Source: Lytechinus pictus (taxonomy: Eukaryota). From it: 64,000 nt of DNA. Under the pieces are notes generated by a model. That model had not been told where the DNA came from. It did no database searches and was given only the letters and a program-made list of their open reading frames with translations. Positions 13,001 to 23,600 of this stretch are shown piece after piece. Location: contig NC_087246.1 in NCBI RefSeq assembly GCF_037042905.1, positions 17,360,001 to 17,424,000 on the forward strand, in the 5' to 3' direction. A program made the translations under genes and the position numbers. The first letter of the stretch is position 1; each line of letters opens with the position of its first letter.

Positions 13001-14264
13001 TACTATTTACATATAATTTCCAGGCTTGTTTGAAAGTCTTGTGCATCAAAATGAGTCAATAAAATTGAATTTGCTAAAATTAAGTGGTGCTAGAAAGATA
13101 TACACATGTATACTGGTGAGCGTGTCTAAAGTCAAATCTCTAAAGGACTACAGGAATCAGTCCCTGTTCGAAATAGCAGAGGTACTAAATAGCACATGTT
13201 TTTGCGTTATCTGGTCTTAAGTAAATACCAACACATTAGAGATTGAATTTTGAAGACTTAAAGGGGAAGTTCACCCTGAAGAAAAGTTTATTGTAAAAAT
13301 AGCAGAAAAAGTAATAAAAAATATTGGTGAAGGTTTGAAGATAATCCATCAAAGATTAAGAAAGTTATTAGAATTCAAAGTTTTGGATTTGTGACGTCAT
13401 ATGCGAGCAGCATTCCTACATAGCGAATGGTAAAAAATCAATGAAATGTCATTTTCTCAGAAAATTGAAAATGGTTTTACTGAGCCTTTTGTATATCAAT
13501 AGACAAATCATTTCACACCCAATCATAAATAGAAAACAAAATAAAGTCATCAGGAACCATAAAAAATTTGAAATTCATTGATTTTTTACCATTCGCTATG
13601 TAGAAATGCTGCACGCATATGAAGTCACAAATCCAAAACTTTGAATTCTAATAACTTTCTTTATCTTTAATCCTCAAACCTTCACCAATATTTTTTATTA
13701 TTTTTTCTGCTGTTTTTACAACAAACTTTTCTTCAGGGCGAACTTCCCCTTTAAATGTGTATGTAATACTTGATTGATTGATTTTTTTAAAGTGATCCAT
13801 TTGTTACTTGTTTTGGTATTAGATTTCCACAATGTCTTCATTTCTTGGAGCTGTTGCAGTATGAACACTTTAGGAGAGAATTAGCCAATGCACAGTGTGT
13901 CAAGTTTATTGAGGATCAGCAGCTTCTGCATTGGCAACACTACACTCGGAGGCGTATGAGACTACAACAGTCTCATCTAGAGAACATGCAGCAACATCAA
14001 CAACTCACCCAGCAACAGCAGCAACAAGGAGTCCCAGGAGCTGCCGGCGGAGTGGCAACAAGTGGGACTTCAAATCAGCCAGCAGGGATCATGCAAGCGC
14101 CCTTGCCACCTCAGCAACATCCTCATCAGCAGCAACAACAGCAGCAACATGCTTCACAACATCAGCAGCAACAACATCAACAAATGGCTTCACAAATGAG
14201 AACTGGTCAACAAGAACAAAAGCCATTACAACAAGGATCTACAACACAACAAACAATGAAATGA
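1017..14264 (+). CDS. MED31: Mediator complex subunit 31 (Soh1/MED31), 4 coding exons, 219 aa with Q-rich C-terminal tail
   Basis: Exons 1017-1047 (MAGNSQHQSQ-G|gtatgt), 11811-11900, 12201-12297, 13823-14264, all GT-AG and phase-consistent (660 nt). Translation contains [77 protein letters not shown], the Med31 domain. Exon 1 is inferred from its phase-1 donor and AAAATGG start context. Confidence 0.93.
1258..2255 (+). mobile_element. hAT-like MITE end (AGGGTGACCAGACGTCCCG with GTCCCG subterminal repeats), interrupted by a younger element
   Basis: CAGGGTGACCAGACGTCCCGTATTTCC resumes at 2172 as CGGGATCGTCCCGTATTT...GTCCCGGCGTCCCG. The opposite TIR was not found. Confidence 0.5.
1285..2163. 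mobile_element. 879-bp non-autonomous DNA transposon with perfect 8-bp TSD
   Basis: GTATTTCC at 1277-1284 and 2164-2171. Termini CACTC(T)AG...CTAGGAGTG, inverted subterminal motif TAGGCGACA/TGTCGCCTA. Confidence 0.75.
2354..4828. repeat. Local direct duplications (~2354-2565 vs ~4607-4825; ~3140-3335 vs ~3420-3630)
   Basis: Near-identical ~215-bp block (TAATCTTGATCAAGCACGGCTCTCAGTACG...ATTAATCCCCTAACA), plus a second ~200-bp AT-rich block, each present twice. Confidence 0.8.
3944..4570 (-). pseudogene. 208-aa ORF: S/T/P/Q-rich repeats plus C-terminal coiled coil; possibly the tail of a Harbinger-type Myb/SANT-like ORF
   Basis: Internal repeats (DLxVNHQPSTSG) and C-terminal ...AREEHAWLKREHELRVEILQLEI..., reminiscent of MSANTD/Harbinger ORF2 tails. 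No DNA-binding domain is visible. Confidence 0.3.
5486..9507 (-). pseudogene. LINE ORF2 (AP endonuclease + reverse transcriptase), interrupted by insertion 6181-7169
   Basis: APE motifs (HLNIRSL, LTETWL, GGGVAIF, GDFN, TLIDNFF, SDHFPI) and RT motifs (YRPISLL, DFSKAFD, GVPQGSILGP, FADD). Removing 6181-7169 joins KLSLNLE-KTSYMLF into one 1010-aa frame. Confidence 0.92.
6181..7169 (+). mobile_element. Helentron-associated non-autonomous element (HINE / DINE-1 / Tsp-like)
   Basis: Inserted in a T run without TSD. Subterminal IRs GTCTCACCTGCAT (6183-6195) / ATGCAGGTGAGAC (7137-7149); partial IR GTGAGAC 6202-6208; (GGC/GAC)n microsatellite 6227-6285; ~5 central tandem repeats of ~162-192 bp; short 3' hairpin GCC-AGA-GGC. 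Confidence 0.85.
9558..10304 (-). CDS. LINE ORF1 protein (coiled coil, L1-type RRM, FP-like C-terminal domain)
   Basis: 248-aa intact ORF: heptad coiled coil, LDQYHRRINLEVAGVPE, HRLG...RPIIVRF, VFLNENL...FLWTVNGTILVRK. Confidence 0.85.
   Translation of the reverse strand: MPGPKKNQSITFEDFIEIKSELQKLNKTLTSQLNEIKSGQDELRKSAEFFSDKVDELTCEVKRLSSENASMKKENEDLKAKMTTLEHQVNDLDQYHRRINLEVAGVPEKEGENVREAVLHVMKKISPEVSNDDIDVTHRLGQRREGGPARPIIVRFTTRRMRDTLYSGRKKLRETSTRQLGFSRDEGKVFLNENLAPAKKSLLKKANDERKKAGYMFLWTVNGTILVRKSPNVPPVAIHREEDLNKIK
13262..13750. mobile_element. Kolobok-like palindromic MITE (TTAA TSD, AGGGGAAG...CTTCCCCT)
   Basis: TTAA on both flanks, long imperfect inverted arms. Lies in MED31 intron 3. 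Confidence 0.8.
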
Positions 14265-14452
14265 TAATTAAGAATACAATCCCATTTATGCTTCTTCTGT
14301 GATGGCTAATACCTAGCCGCTGAAGTTAGCTTATGGAATTTCTTTGTATGAGAATATCAGAAGAAGATATTTAAAGACGTTGTTGGAAGAAAGATTGAAC
14401 ACCAAGTGGAGCTAAGTTGCATTACTTCCTACAGTTCAACCAAATTATTGTA

Positions 14453-14590
14453 GCCACATCGTCTAGTGGTTCAGACTTTTGACTTTCAATCTAAGGGTTG
14501 CAAGTGTACACCCACTCCAGGATGGTAATTTCCTTCAAGAAATTTGTCCACATGACCCAGGTGATGTACACATTTGGATGGTTCTGCTGG
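14453..14590 (+). mobile_element. Degenerate tRNA-derived SINE in MED31 3' UTR
   Basis: A-box-like GTCTAGTGG, decayed B box, downstream GACCCAGGTGA core. Confidence 0.4.
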
Positions 14591-17500
14591 TAGAATTTAT
14601 TCATTGAATGGACAAATCATATTGATGATGATTAATTGAACTAAAGCTGGAGTAGTAATATCTTTAGTTATATTAAAGTGCAAACATACTTTAGTTTATT
14701 ATAGCTGAAGCAACCTCAGAGACCAAAAAAGCTACAATTTTAGTTAAATGTTGTATTTTTCTACACAGTAAACTCAGTTTTCAACAAGATATTGCTATAT
14801 TTCTGATCCCTGCACTTAATCTCTGTTATAGAAAGTAATATCACCCAGTCCCCAAATTGCTGAATTGACAGCATCCTAGCACTTGACAGGGTGCATCTAC
14901 AATGATCTGTTGTTTAAGCCTATTTCAAGTTTTGGTAAAAAAAAATTATGGTATTGAATTGAATAATGACTCTTGTTTGTCCTTTAAAAAAAAATAAAAA
15001 TCTTTGGCTACTCAGCTGAATTAAATCTTGAGGTTAATCCAAGAATTGTGATGATCAAATTAAATTAATAAAAATGTATGAGTGATACTTGAAATTGGTT
15101 TTGATTTATATATTTTTATTTCCCTTTTGTACAGACAAGTTATGCATCAAAACTATCTTTTCTGAAATAAAAACAGCAATGAATTTTATGCACATGATAT
15201 TATTGTGATGATTCCCAATGTCAAATGGAATGTTAATGTTAAGTTGAGCATCACAACCCCCCTTCATATCCTCCCAATTATGCATCCAGGGTTGATGCTA
15301 AGGTAATTTTGATGGGGGAGGGAAAGATGACCCATAAAGGGTTTATTATATTAATTTTTAATGAAGATAACCCATATTGCAAACTAGACGAAGTGGTGTA
15401 GACCAAGCATGCATACATCTATCATTTTCTCATGGTTACTTTGTATTATTTCAGAGAGGTATTCTCCCTGTCTCTATATTTTGTAAATAAATATCAACTG
15501 AAAATTTACATGGTATTGAGTTTGATGATACTTGACTTATTGATGGTTGTGACTGAAATCTTACTTGACCACGAAAGCCTTGAATAGAGACCAGCTCCTT
15601 CTGACCCTAGCTGTGTCCTGAACTACACATTATTTTGTATCAGTGTGTACATGTGTGTCTTTGCTGTGAGTAAATGTGAAGTTTCTGTGAGGTAAAATGT
15701 TTGAGTTGTGTTTTAGAATACCCATGTTGTATGTTTGTTTGTTCTGTATTTGCTTGTGCATATATTTTGTTTGATTCCTTGTTAATTTTGGGAAATTTAC
15801 TCATCTACACTAAAAAAAAATGACTTCCAGAGTTGTGTCATTTTGCTGATTAAAAATGTTCTTCTTACACTAAAAATCTCAAAGCATTTTACCCAACATG
15901 TACTGTTTCAAAGAAAATGACAAATGACAGAATTCTAATGCCAAATATGCTTATATAAAAGATATAAATTCTGGTACTCTTAGTTTTGTGCTGTATTTGT
16001 GAGTTTTATCTATAATCCAAGTTTAGATTATTTAATTTGTGAAACCTATAACTCTAGTGCCCCAGTTGGGGATTCCAAAATAAAAGGGGAGTGAGATTAG
16101 ATTGATGAAGCAATCAGTGAGTTAGTGATTGCTGTGTTAGTGTATAAAGCACCATCTGTAATGCATACTGCCATACAAATGATACAAAATCCTTTCATCC
16201 ACAGTTTCTCTCAAGTTCATACCCCACGTTTTTTTTATATTAATTTATTACAACTATAGGATTTGGTGTAAAATAATAACATGATATTTTCTTTATTTAC
16301 TTGAAAAGATTATTCTGTAGAATTATTCTTTTTGTCGGGTAATATTGTAAATGGCATTGAAATACACATCAAATGTAAAAAAAAATATTTGCATAAATTA
16401 AAATCCAGTGGACAGGAAGTTAATGGTCTGAATATTGGATCTTGAAATGGATAAAATATTCCTCTTAAGTTTATCAGGGAAAGGATTTCAAACCAAAATT
16501 AATATAAAACTGAATATTTACTGATTACAATTTTATCCTTCAAAGTCTGATATGAATGAAGAAAGAGTGAAATAAAACTTCTGAGAGAAACAAACTTTAA
16601 TTGCAAATACATGTATGTATTGGAAGATTACAGCTATGTTCATTCGAATTTAAACAAATTGCATATGACTCTAAATGGTGGTGCAGTTGTGAAAATAATG
16701 ATAACCAATAGATGGTACATGATACCCAAATCTCTCCAGCTATTCTGTAAAATGCCACTTTCATTGAAAAAAAATGAAATTATTTTCTACTTGTGCGTTT
16801 CATATATCACTGCATATTGATATATTCAATCGTCATGAACCTGTAAAAAATTGCATTTCATGGAATTTATATGAAGGTCTAAATGACATACAGATCGTAT
16901 GTAACATCGATTCACAAGAAAGAAATATTTTAATTCAAATTATTATTATGTTTTTCCCCATTTATCATTAATTTGCCTTTCCTACTTTTTTTAATGGCTC
17001 TTATGTTTGATTTCCCCCCTTTAATATTACATCAGTACATATTATATTCTAGTTAATGAAAACCATGGCCTTTTTAGTACAGGGGGCAATAGTTTGTCTG
17101 ACATGAAAGTTTATTCTAAAACAAACAACATTATAAAAGTATAAGTGGACTGATGGCATAGACTAATACATATATTTATATTATTATTATACATACAGTT
17201 TTATTAATTTTCATATAGTGTGGAACTAATCATTTCTTTCTGTTCTCCCGCCCATGTTTTTTTCAACAATCAATTTATAATAACAAATGGTCTACGATTT
17301 AGTATACAAAGTTGATTATCAGTGCAAAACTAAGCGTAGTAAAACAAAATTCATGTATAACAAAAGTTGATAGGAATTAGTAATAGTACAATGACACAGA
17401 AATACCTGAAAGAATTACAACCTTTTATAATTGTATTATCTAACATGCTTGCTTTGGGTGTAGTAATGTCGGTCAAAATAATATTGTGTTTTGTTTTGTC

Positions 17501-18386
17501 TTGTTATTGCAGAAAAAAGGACAAACATCGGTTTGCTTACGTTTTAAATTGCATAAAACTCTCTCAGGGAAAATAAGCTACATGTATTCTACAATTTATG
17601 TGCAACCCCCCCCCCCCCAACAACAACTCTAGCCATGCCTGCCATGGTTCATACAATTTCGAACAGTATTTTTAAAATCGGATTTCTTGTTATAGCCAAG
17701 TTAAAATAGTTGATATTTTGTTTATTGCCAAACCACTTCTCATTTGGTCTGTGCAACCTTGAATCTTTATTTTTCCTATGCGTTAATGAACCATTAACCA
17801 GGAAAAGGTATTCAGAAAATTGTTTTTATTATAGTAGAATAGGTTGTTACAAAACCAAGACATTGACCTTCACCACATGAGTTCCATTTAATATAAAGGT
17901 AATGATATTTTCAGAGTAGGATGTGATTGTTTTCAGGGCCCTGGGAACTTCTTTTTTTAAACTGGGGGTGCTGGTGTAAATTTGTCTACCCCCTCCCCCC
18001 CCAAAAAAAAAAAAGGGTTTCACGACAAAATTAAGGATATTTTGGTTCAGAAAAATTTGACCAGCAGAAAAAGGGGGATTTCAGTACAAAATAAAGGTCA
18101 TTTCTCCATTTGTAACACCTACCAGAATTCCAGGGTGTGCTGCCAATAGAGAATGATACACGCAGGACCCCCGCTTCCCAAGGCCATGGGTATTTTAGAG
18201 GTGAAGTGTATCCTGCTGATTTGAATAATATCAGAAAACAGAGAAGTATATATGATGGTTTGACAAACAGCCATATCGAAGCACAACAGACTTTAAGATC
18301 AATGTTATTGTTAATTTTGTGACGCCACATAATCGCGCCCCGCCTCTAGATCCGTGCGCCTATCCATAACAAATAATAGGTTCCTA

Positions 18387-18544
18387 CCTCAGTCACATTA
18401 CCCCTATGGCGACCGTACGGCGAGTCGAAAACAGCCGCTTTAATATTTTTTGTACCAGCTTCATACAGGTGGTTTGAATCAAAGTGAATAAAACGGCTGT
18501 TTTCGACTCGCCTTACGACCGCCTTAGGGGAAATGTGACTGAGG
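18387..18544. mobile_element. 158-bp palindromic MITE, TA flanks
   Basis: CCTCAGTCACAT...GGCGAGTCGAAAACAGCCG / CGGCTGTTTTCGACTCGCC...ATGTGACTGAGG with TA on both sides. Confidence 0.8.
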
Positions 18545-20550
18545 TATTAGCTGCATGCATGCGCTTAAAAAAGATAACCGAAGTGTTGATGAATATGCAT
18601 CAAATCAAATATGGTCGAAATTGATAAATATTCTGATGGTTTAATTTGGCAATAATGACCATCAAAGTGGTCTATTTCTGTCTGCCATCTTCACTAACAC
18701 ATTGATCAGTATTTTGACCAATCTGAAAAGGTTGTGGTTTAGGTGGTGTAAAATGTCCTTTTGGTGTAAGGACGAATCAATAAATTCGATGGGGGACACG
18801 TGCCAATATCTTTCATGCATGTGCAAAGCTCACTGATGAATTCGTTACGTTTTGAAATATGGTTGTTCTCAAATAATTGCTATAAGACTTATTTTTTCTG
18901 AATCAGTTCAATAATGAAATATAATATATGGCGATCAGGGTAGGGAACAAGATGATAAAGTTCATCATTTCAATTTATTGGATAAGTTATAAAAAATATG
19001 ACCTCTAATTCGGTCGAAGGAAATAATTGTGGATGTAGAATGTTAGATTAGGCTCATTATATCAATCTTTATCAGTTTGTTTTGTAGTAATCTTTATTAT
19101 TCATTCACTTCAAATGAAATTCATGGACATCATACAAAATAATATAACAAATTAATTGCAGCTGTGAATACACAAATCAAATGACATAATAGACAATTGG
19201 AAAATAAACATAGCATATAAATTGTATCTGGACAGAGATATAATCCAAAATCATAAAAAATAACTTTTTCAACAACTGTATGCAGCTAAAGCAACTTAAA
19301 AAATATGACATTAAGGTAGCTACGCAAACTGAATCAATGAATGTATTTATATGCATTCTCCCGCCCCATGAGTCCCCCCCCCCCTGCATAATCAAGACAC
19401 CAATGCTGAACAAACTAACACACCAACAAAAACAACAGGAGAAGTAGGAGAAAAAAATACCATACACACAAAGGAGAAAGAGGGAGCAAGAGCGAGAGAA
19501 AAAAAGACAAGCAAAATACAGAAACAAAAACAACAACAAGGAACCAATAAACAGACAGGACAGAGAGCAGTTTACAGTGACAGTGATTGATCCTCTCCAT
19601 GCGCTGCCAGACGAGGGACCCCCTTCCTTTCTCATCTTTTTTATTTTGGTTGATATTAAAAACCTTTAAATATTCTAATTTGTTTATAGTGTCGCGTTAT
19701 TATGTTAATCACGATTTCCATTCTAATGCAGCGCGCTAACATCGTCAGCTTTCATCTTCTACCGATAGCTTCAACAACAATAATGAACTGCACGTCGTTG
19801 ATAAACATAAATCACCAACAACCGAACAGAAAATAAATTCGATTTAGAAAGAAATCCAATATACGAACTTTCGTCGGTCAATCATCGAAGTAGAATTACA
19901 CAAGAAAACCCTTTCCTGATTTGCATATCCCTTCTCTCTGTACCTCTCCCTTTCATTATTTTTATGGAGTCCCTCTCATATACCGGTGACGGTTCATGAC
20001 AATGGTTTTCTGAAATCGACCCGGTTCCTATTTGATATAGTACAAAGACCTTGTCATTTACAATCCTTTCAAAACATATTCTCAATAAACAGACCTATGA
20101 GAAACTATTAACGTATACACGTATCTGCTGATTACAATGGACTCGAAAAATATCAATGAGTAAATCAATTGAAGCATTTTGTTGTTATCTGATGCTTTGT
20201 ATATAGAGAGTGGATTACTAACTGGGCGTTATTTAGATGGTATATCTCCCAAAATGGATAGGAAACATTAGGCCTATTAACATATGAGAAACTGGAAATA
20301 ATTGCGGAGCTACATTCGGATATTTATATTATGGAATTATTATGTTTACTTAATTTAACAGGTTAATAAATATGATACAGCCAAAGGTGTTGGCCATATT
20401 GGCCGATAGTTGATTTTGCATATTTTACAGTGGTCATGGTATTAAAATGTTTGTAAATAAAGACTAACTTTTTTGGCGCTTTTTGGCACCGGACCTACGT
20501 CCCATCGGACGATGGAGGAGCGCGGGGTTAGGAGGCTATTATAATGGTCA

Positions 20551-20592
20551 TATAAAAAGAATATCGCCCTTTCAATCGGTCCTTAGTTCAGT
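20551..20592 (+). promoter_or_regulatory. TATA box and Inr-like element for PLA2 paralog 1
   Basis: TATAAAA at 20551-20557, TTAGTT/TCAGTC ~30-40 bp downstream, ~120 bp before the ATG. Confidence 0.4.
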
Positions 20593-20671
20593 CCGAAACC
20601 TCTCAACTGTTCTCACCCCACCAATAATCTCACTGTAATTCCCTCCTCCTGGGTAGTCGGAAGACGAGACG

Positions 20672-23600
20672 ATGCGGCCGTTGATTCTTTCCTTCGTAAT
20701 CGTATTAACGCGATGTTTGCAGTCACTTGCCGACATCGCCTGGAATCCACCGTCATCAAAGACGTCGCATCTTTCGTCACCGTCATGGTCATCGCAACAG
20801 TCTCAAATTAGATCGTTGAACTTCCTCAGCATCTCAAGGTCGATGGATGAACTCATGATCGTGCTGCACCTCGACGACGTCTCGGCTATCCAGAGGGTCG
20901 TCGGCGACCACAGAGGTACCCAGATGGTTATTCTCCAAGCAACAGACGGCAGGCATCTCATTCGTAATATCTACGATCCATCATACAATCTCAAGGAATG
21001 TAAGGCAACAAAAAATCAAGATGACATCGATGAATTCAGGTCAAGTTTCCAAACGAAATATTCCTTCGAGTATCTTTCAGAAGGTATCATCCACAGATAC
21101 AATCAACTGTCATTGAAACGCTCCCAATTACCCTCCCTTGCCAGTGTCAATTTGGAGTATGTCCACAACGCCACCAAGTCAACAGAGGTTTTTGTCCTAC
21201 CGAGAACCACGAGGAAAGAGGTTAGACTTCATCCTACGATTCGGATGATGACAGGAGTCATGGAGGCCCGAAGAGTATGTCGAGACATGGAGAAAAGTTT
21301 GAAGGCCCATCTGATGATGGCGGATAAAACTCGGAATGGTGATCGAGTGCTTGATGACCAGGAGCTTGGCGTCTACGAAGAAGGTGTAGAGTTGGATATC
21401 GAGGATGAACGAATCAGCAGAGAGAGGAGGAGTATCTTCATCGTTCCTGGGACACTTTGGTGTGGAGCGGGAAACATCGCAGAGTAAGTCTATACTCCTC
21501 CCCTTTTTTCCAAGCCTTAATTGTGAACGTCCATTATTGCATGGAGAAGATTATTTACTACAATTAACACATTTATCGTTCTACATGCATTAGTGTACTA
21601 GGCAGCTGCTGCAGCAACGCACATCCGCCTTGCTGCGCCAACCATTAAGGTCCATTCTGATTCAAATTATTTTGAGTTACATTCATCAAGAACTGAGTAT
21701 TATAAATCCCTTTTCAATATCGATAGTAATTATAATGAAGTATTTTATCAACGATCGTTTCCCTTACACCCCATACAGACAGATATACAGAATCGATAGA
21801 ATTCTTGCTAGTGCTTTATTTTAAGTGTATCATTTAAAAATCGTGAATATATGAATTCTTAATTTAGAGAAGGTCAATTTGATATCAAGATTTCAAACAA
21901 AGCATGTAACATACTAATTATATTTTCATGTATATTTAACATGTTTAAGCACGAACAAAGAGGACAGTCATTATATACAGGATGTTGGCTAAATATGTGT
22001 ACCTAAAATGATGTCATATAGAGCTGATAAAAGAGAAATCGATGTCATACGTGTCGTAAAAAAGGGAAACAATATCACCATGATGGGTATTCTATATCGA
22101 TTGCTTTTGAAATAGAGTAATTCACAAAAGTTAAACTATCTGTAACTCACCTAAACGTGTTGGAAATTCTTCCACTTTATTACTAAAAAAAATGTATGTG
22201 TCCCAAAACTATTATGGTGTGGATGATAATAATTATAGAATGACATCATGTTTTGGATGTATTTTCGATTTGCACGATAATTATTTTCGTCGAGATCCCT
22301 CCCCAAAATCAAAATAACAGCAATGGCTTTTTCCCTTTTTGTTTTAAAACCATTTCTCAAGTATGGACTGGGCCGAAAATTAAAGTATATAAACTTTGCT
22401 TGTAGCTTTCTGACATTCAATCACTTAATTTTTGTAAAATAAAAAGTTAAACTGCCTCTTCAAGGAAAAACATAAGGACCAACCAAAAGACACCGGCATA
22501 CACATGGGGGTGGTGAGAGGTCACACCCCCAAAAAAATTTCAAGACCAAGAAAAAAAAGGCGAAAAGGAGAGAAAGGTAAAGGGGAAAGCGTGAATTCCG
22601 GTATTACTGTCAGAATATTATGATAAAACCTAACACAAATTGGATTCTTGTTTTAAAAAGGTCGAAAAAATTAACTCGCTCGCTTCCTCGCTCGTAGCTT
22701 TTTTTTAATAGAAATTTTGCCACATGTGCTATGTCTGGCACCTCAATAATTTGGGCTCATTTCAAGTTTAACTTTTGCAAAGAATCACTGGATGGATATA
22801 ACGGTCATTACATTTTTGTATGATGGGAATGTTAATTGATATACTCTCCCAAAAATAATTCCCATTCTAACCTTTACCAAAGTACTGGAGAGACTGATAC
22901 ATTTGAAATACAGACATAAACATCTGAAAATATTTAAGCATGTTTAATGAAGGATAATTTTTATTTGGCGTCTGATGATCTTGTTTGAGATACTACTGCC
23001 ACAACCTGGCCCAGGTTGTATTTTACATTTTAGAACGAGACAGAAATTTGCCTTTGATGTACAAAGTACAAATGAATTATCAATGATATTGGTTAACTAT
23101 AAACGTGTGGTAAAATAAAACGACAAATTATCGAATAAATTAATAAATAAGCAAATAGATATGCATAATTATGATAAATTACAAATCAATCAGTCAATAA
23201 TGAATAGATTTTTTTCTTATTAATGTAAGAATGGTAAGAATATAATTATTTGGATATTTGGAATGTCTTTTTCTGCCATCTTATACAGTTACCGGAAATT
23301 GGTTGAATGGTCGTTAACCTTGTTGAAATCATTGCAAATTACTTTAAAGCTTCATCATATATATTCATTTCTTCCTTTTTTTTCTTTATCAGTTCGTATG
23401 ATGATCTCGGAGAACACGAAACTACGGATATGTGCTGTCGAGAACACGACCATTGCCCTCATACCATCGAAAGCTGGCAAAATAAATTCAGTATATTCAA
23501 TCATCGTCTCTACACCCTCAGTGATTGCCGATGTGATGTCAAGTAAGAATATTATTGAATTTTCTTTTCATGATTAGAAAAATATATAATATTTCGGTCG

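Noticed and set aside
14453-14530. tRNA gene (also 54080-54175)
   Set aside because: B box and cloverleaf are decayed; the 14453 copy is followed by a SINE-type core.
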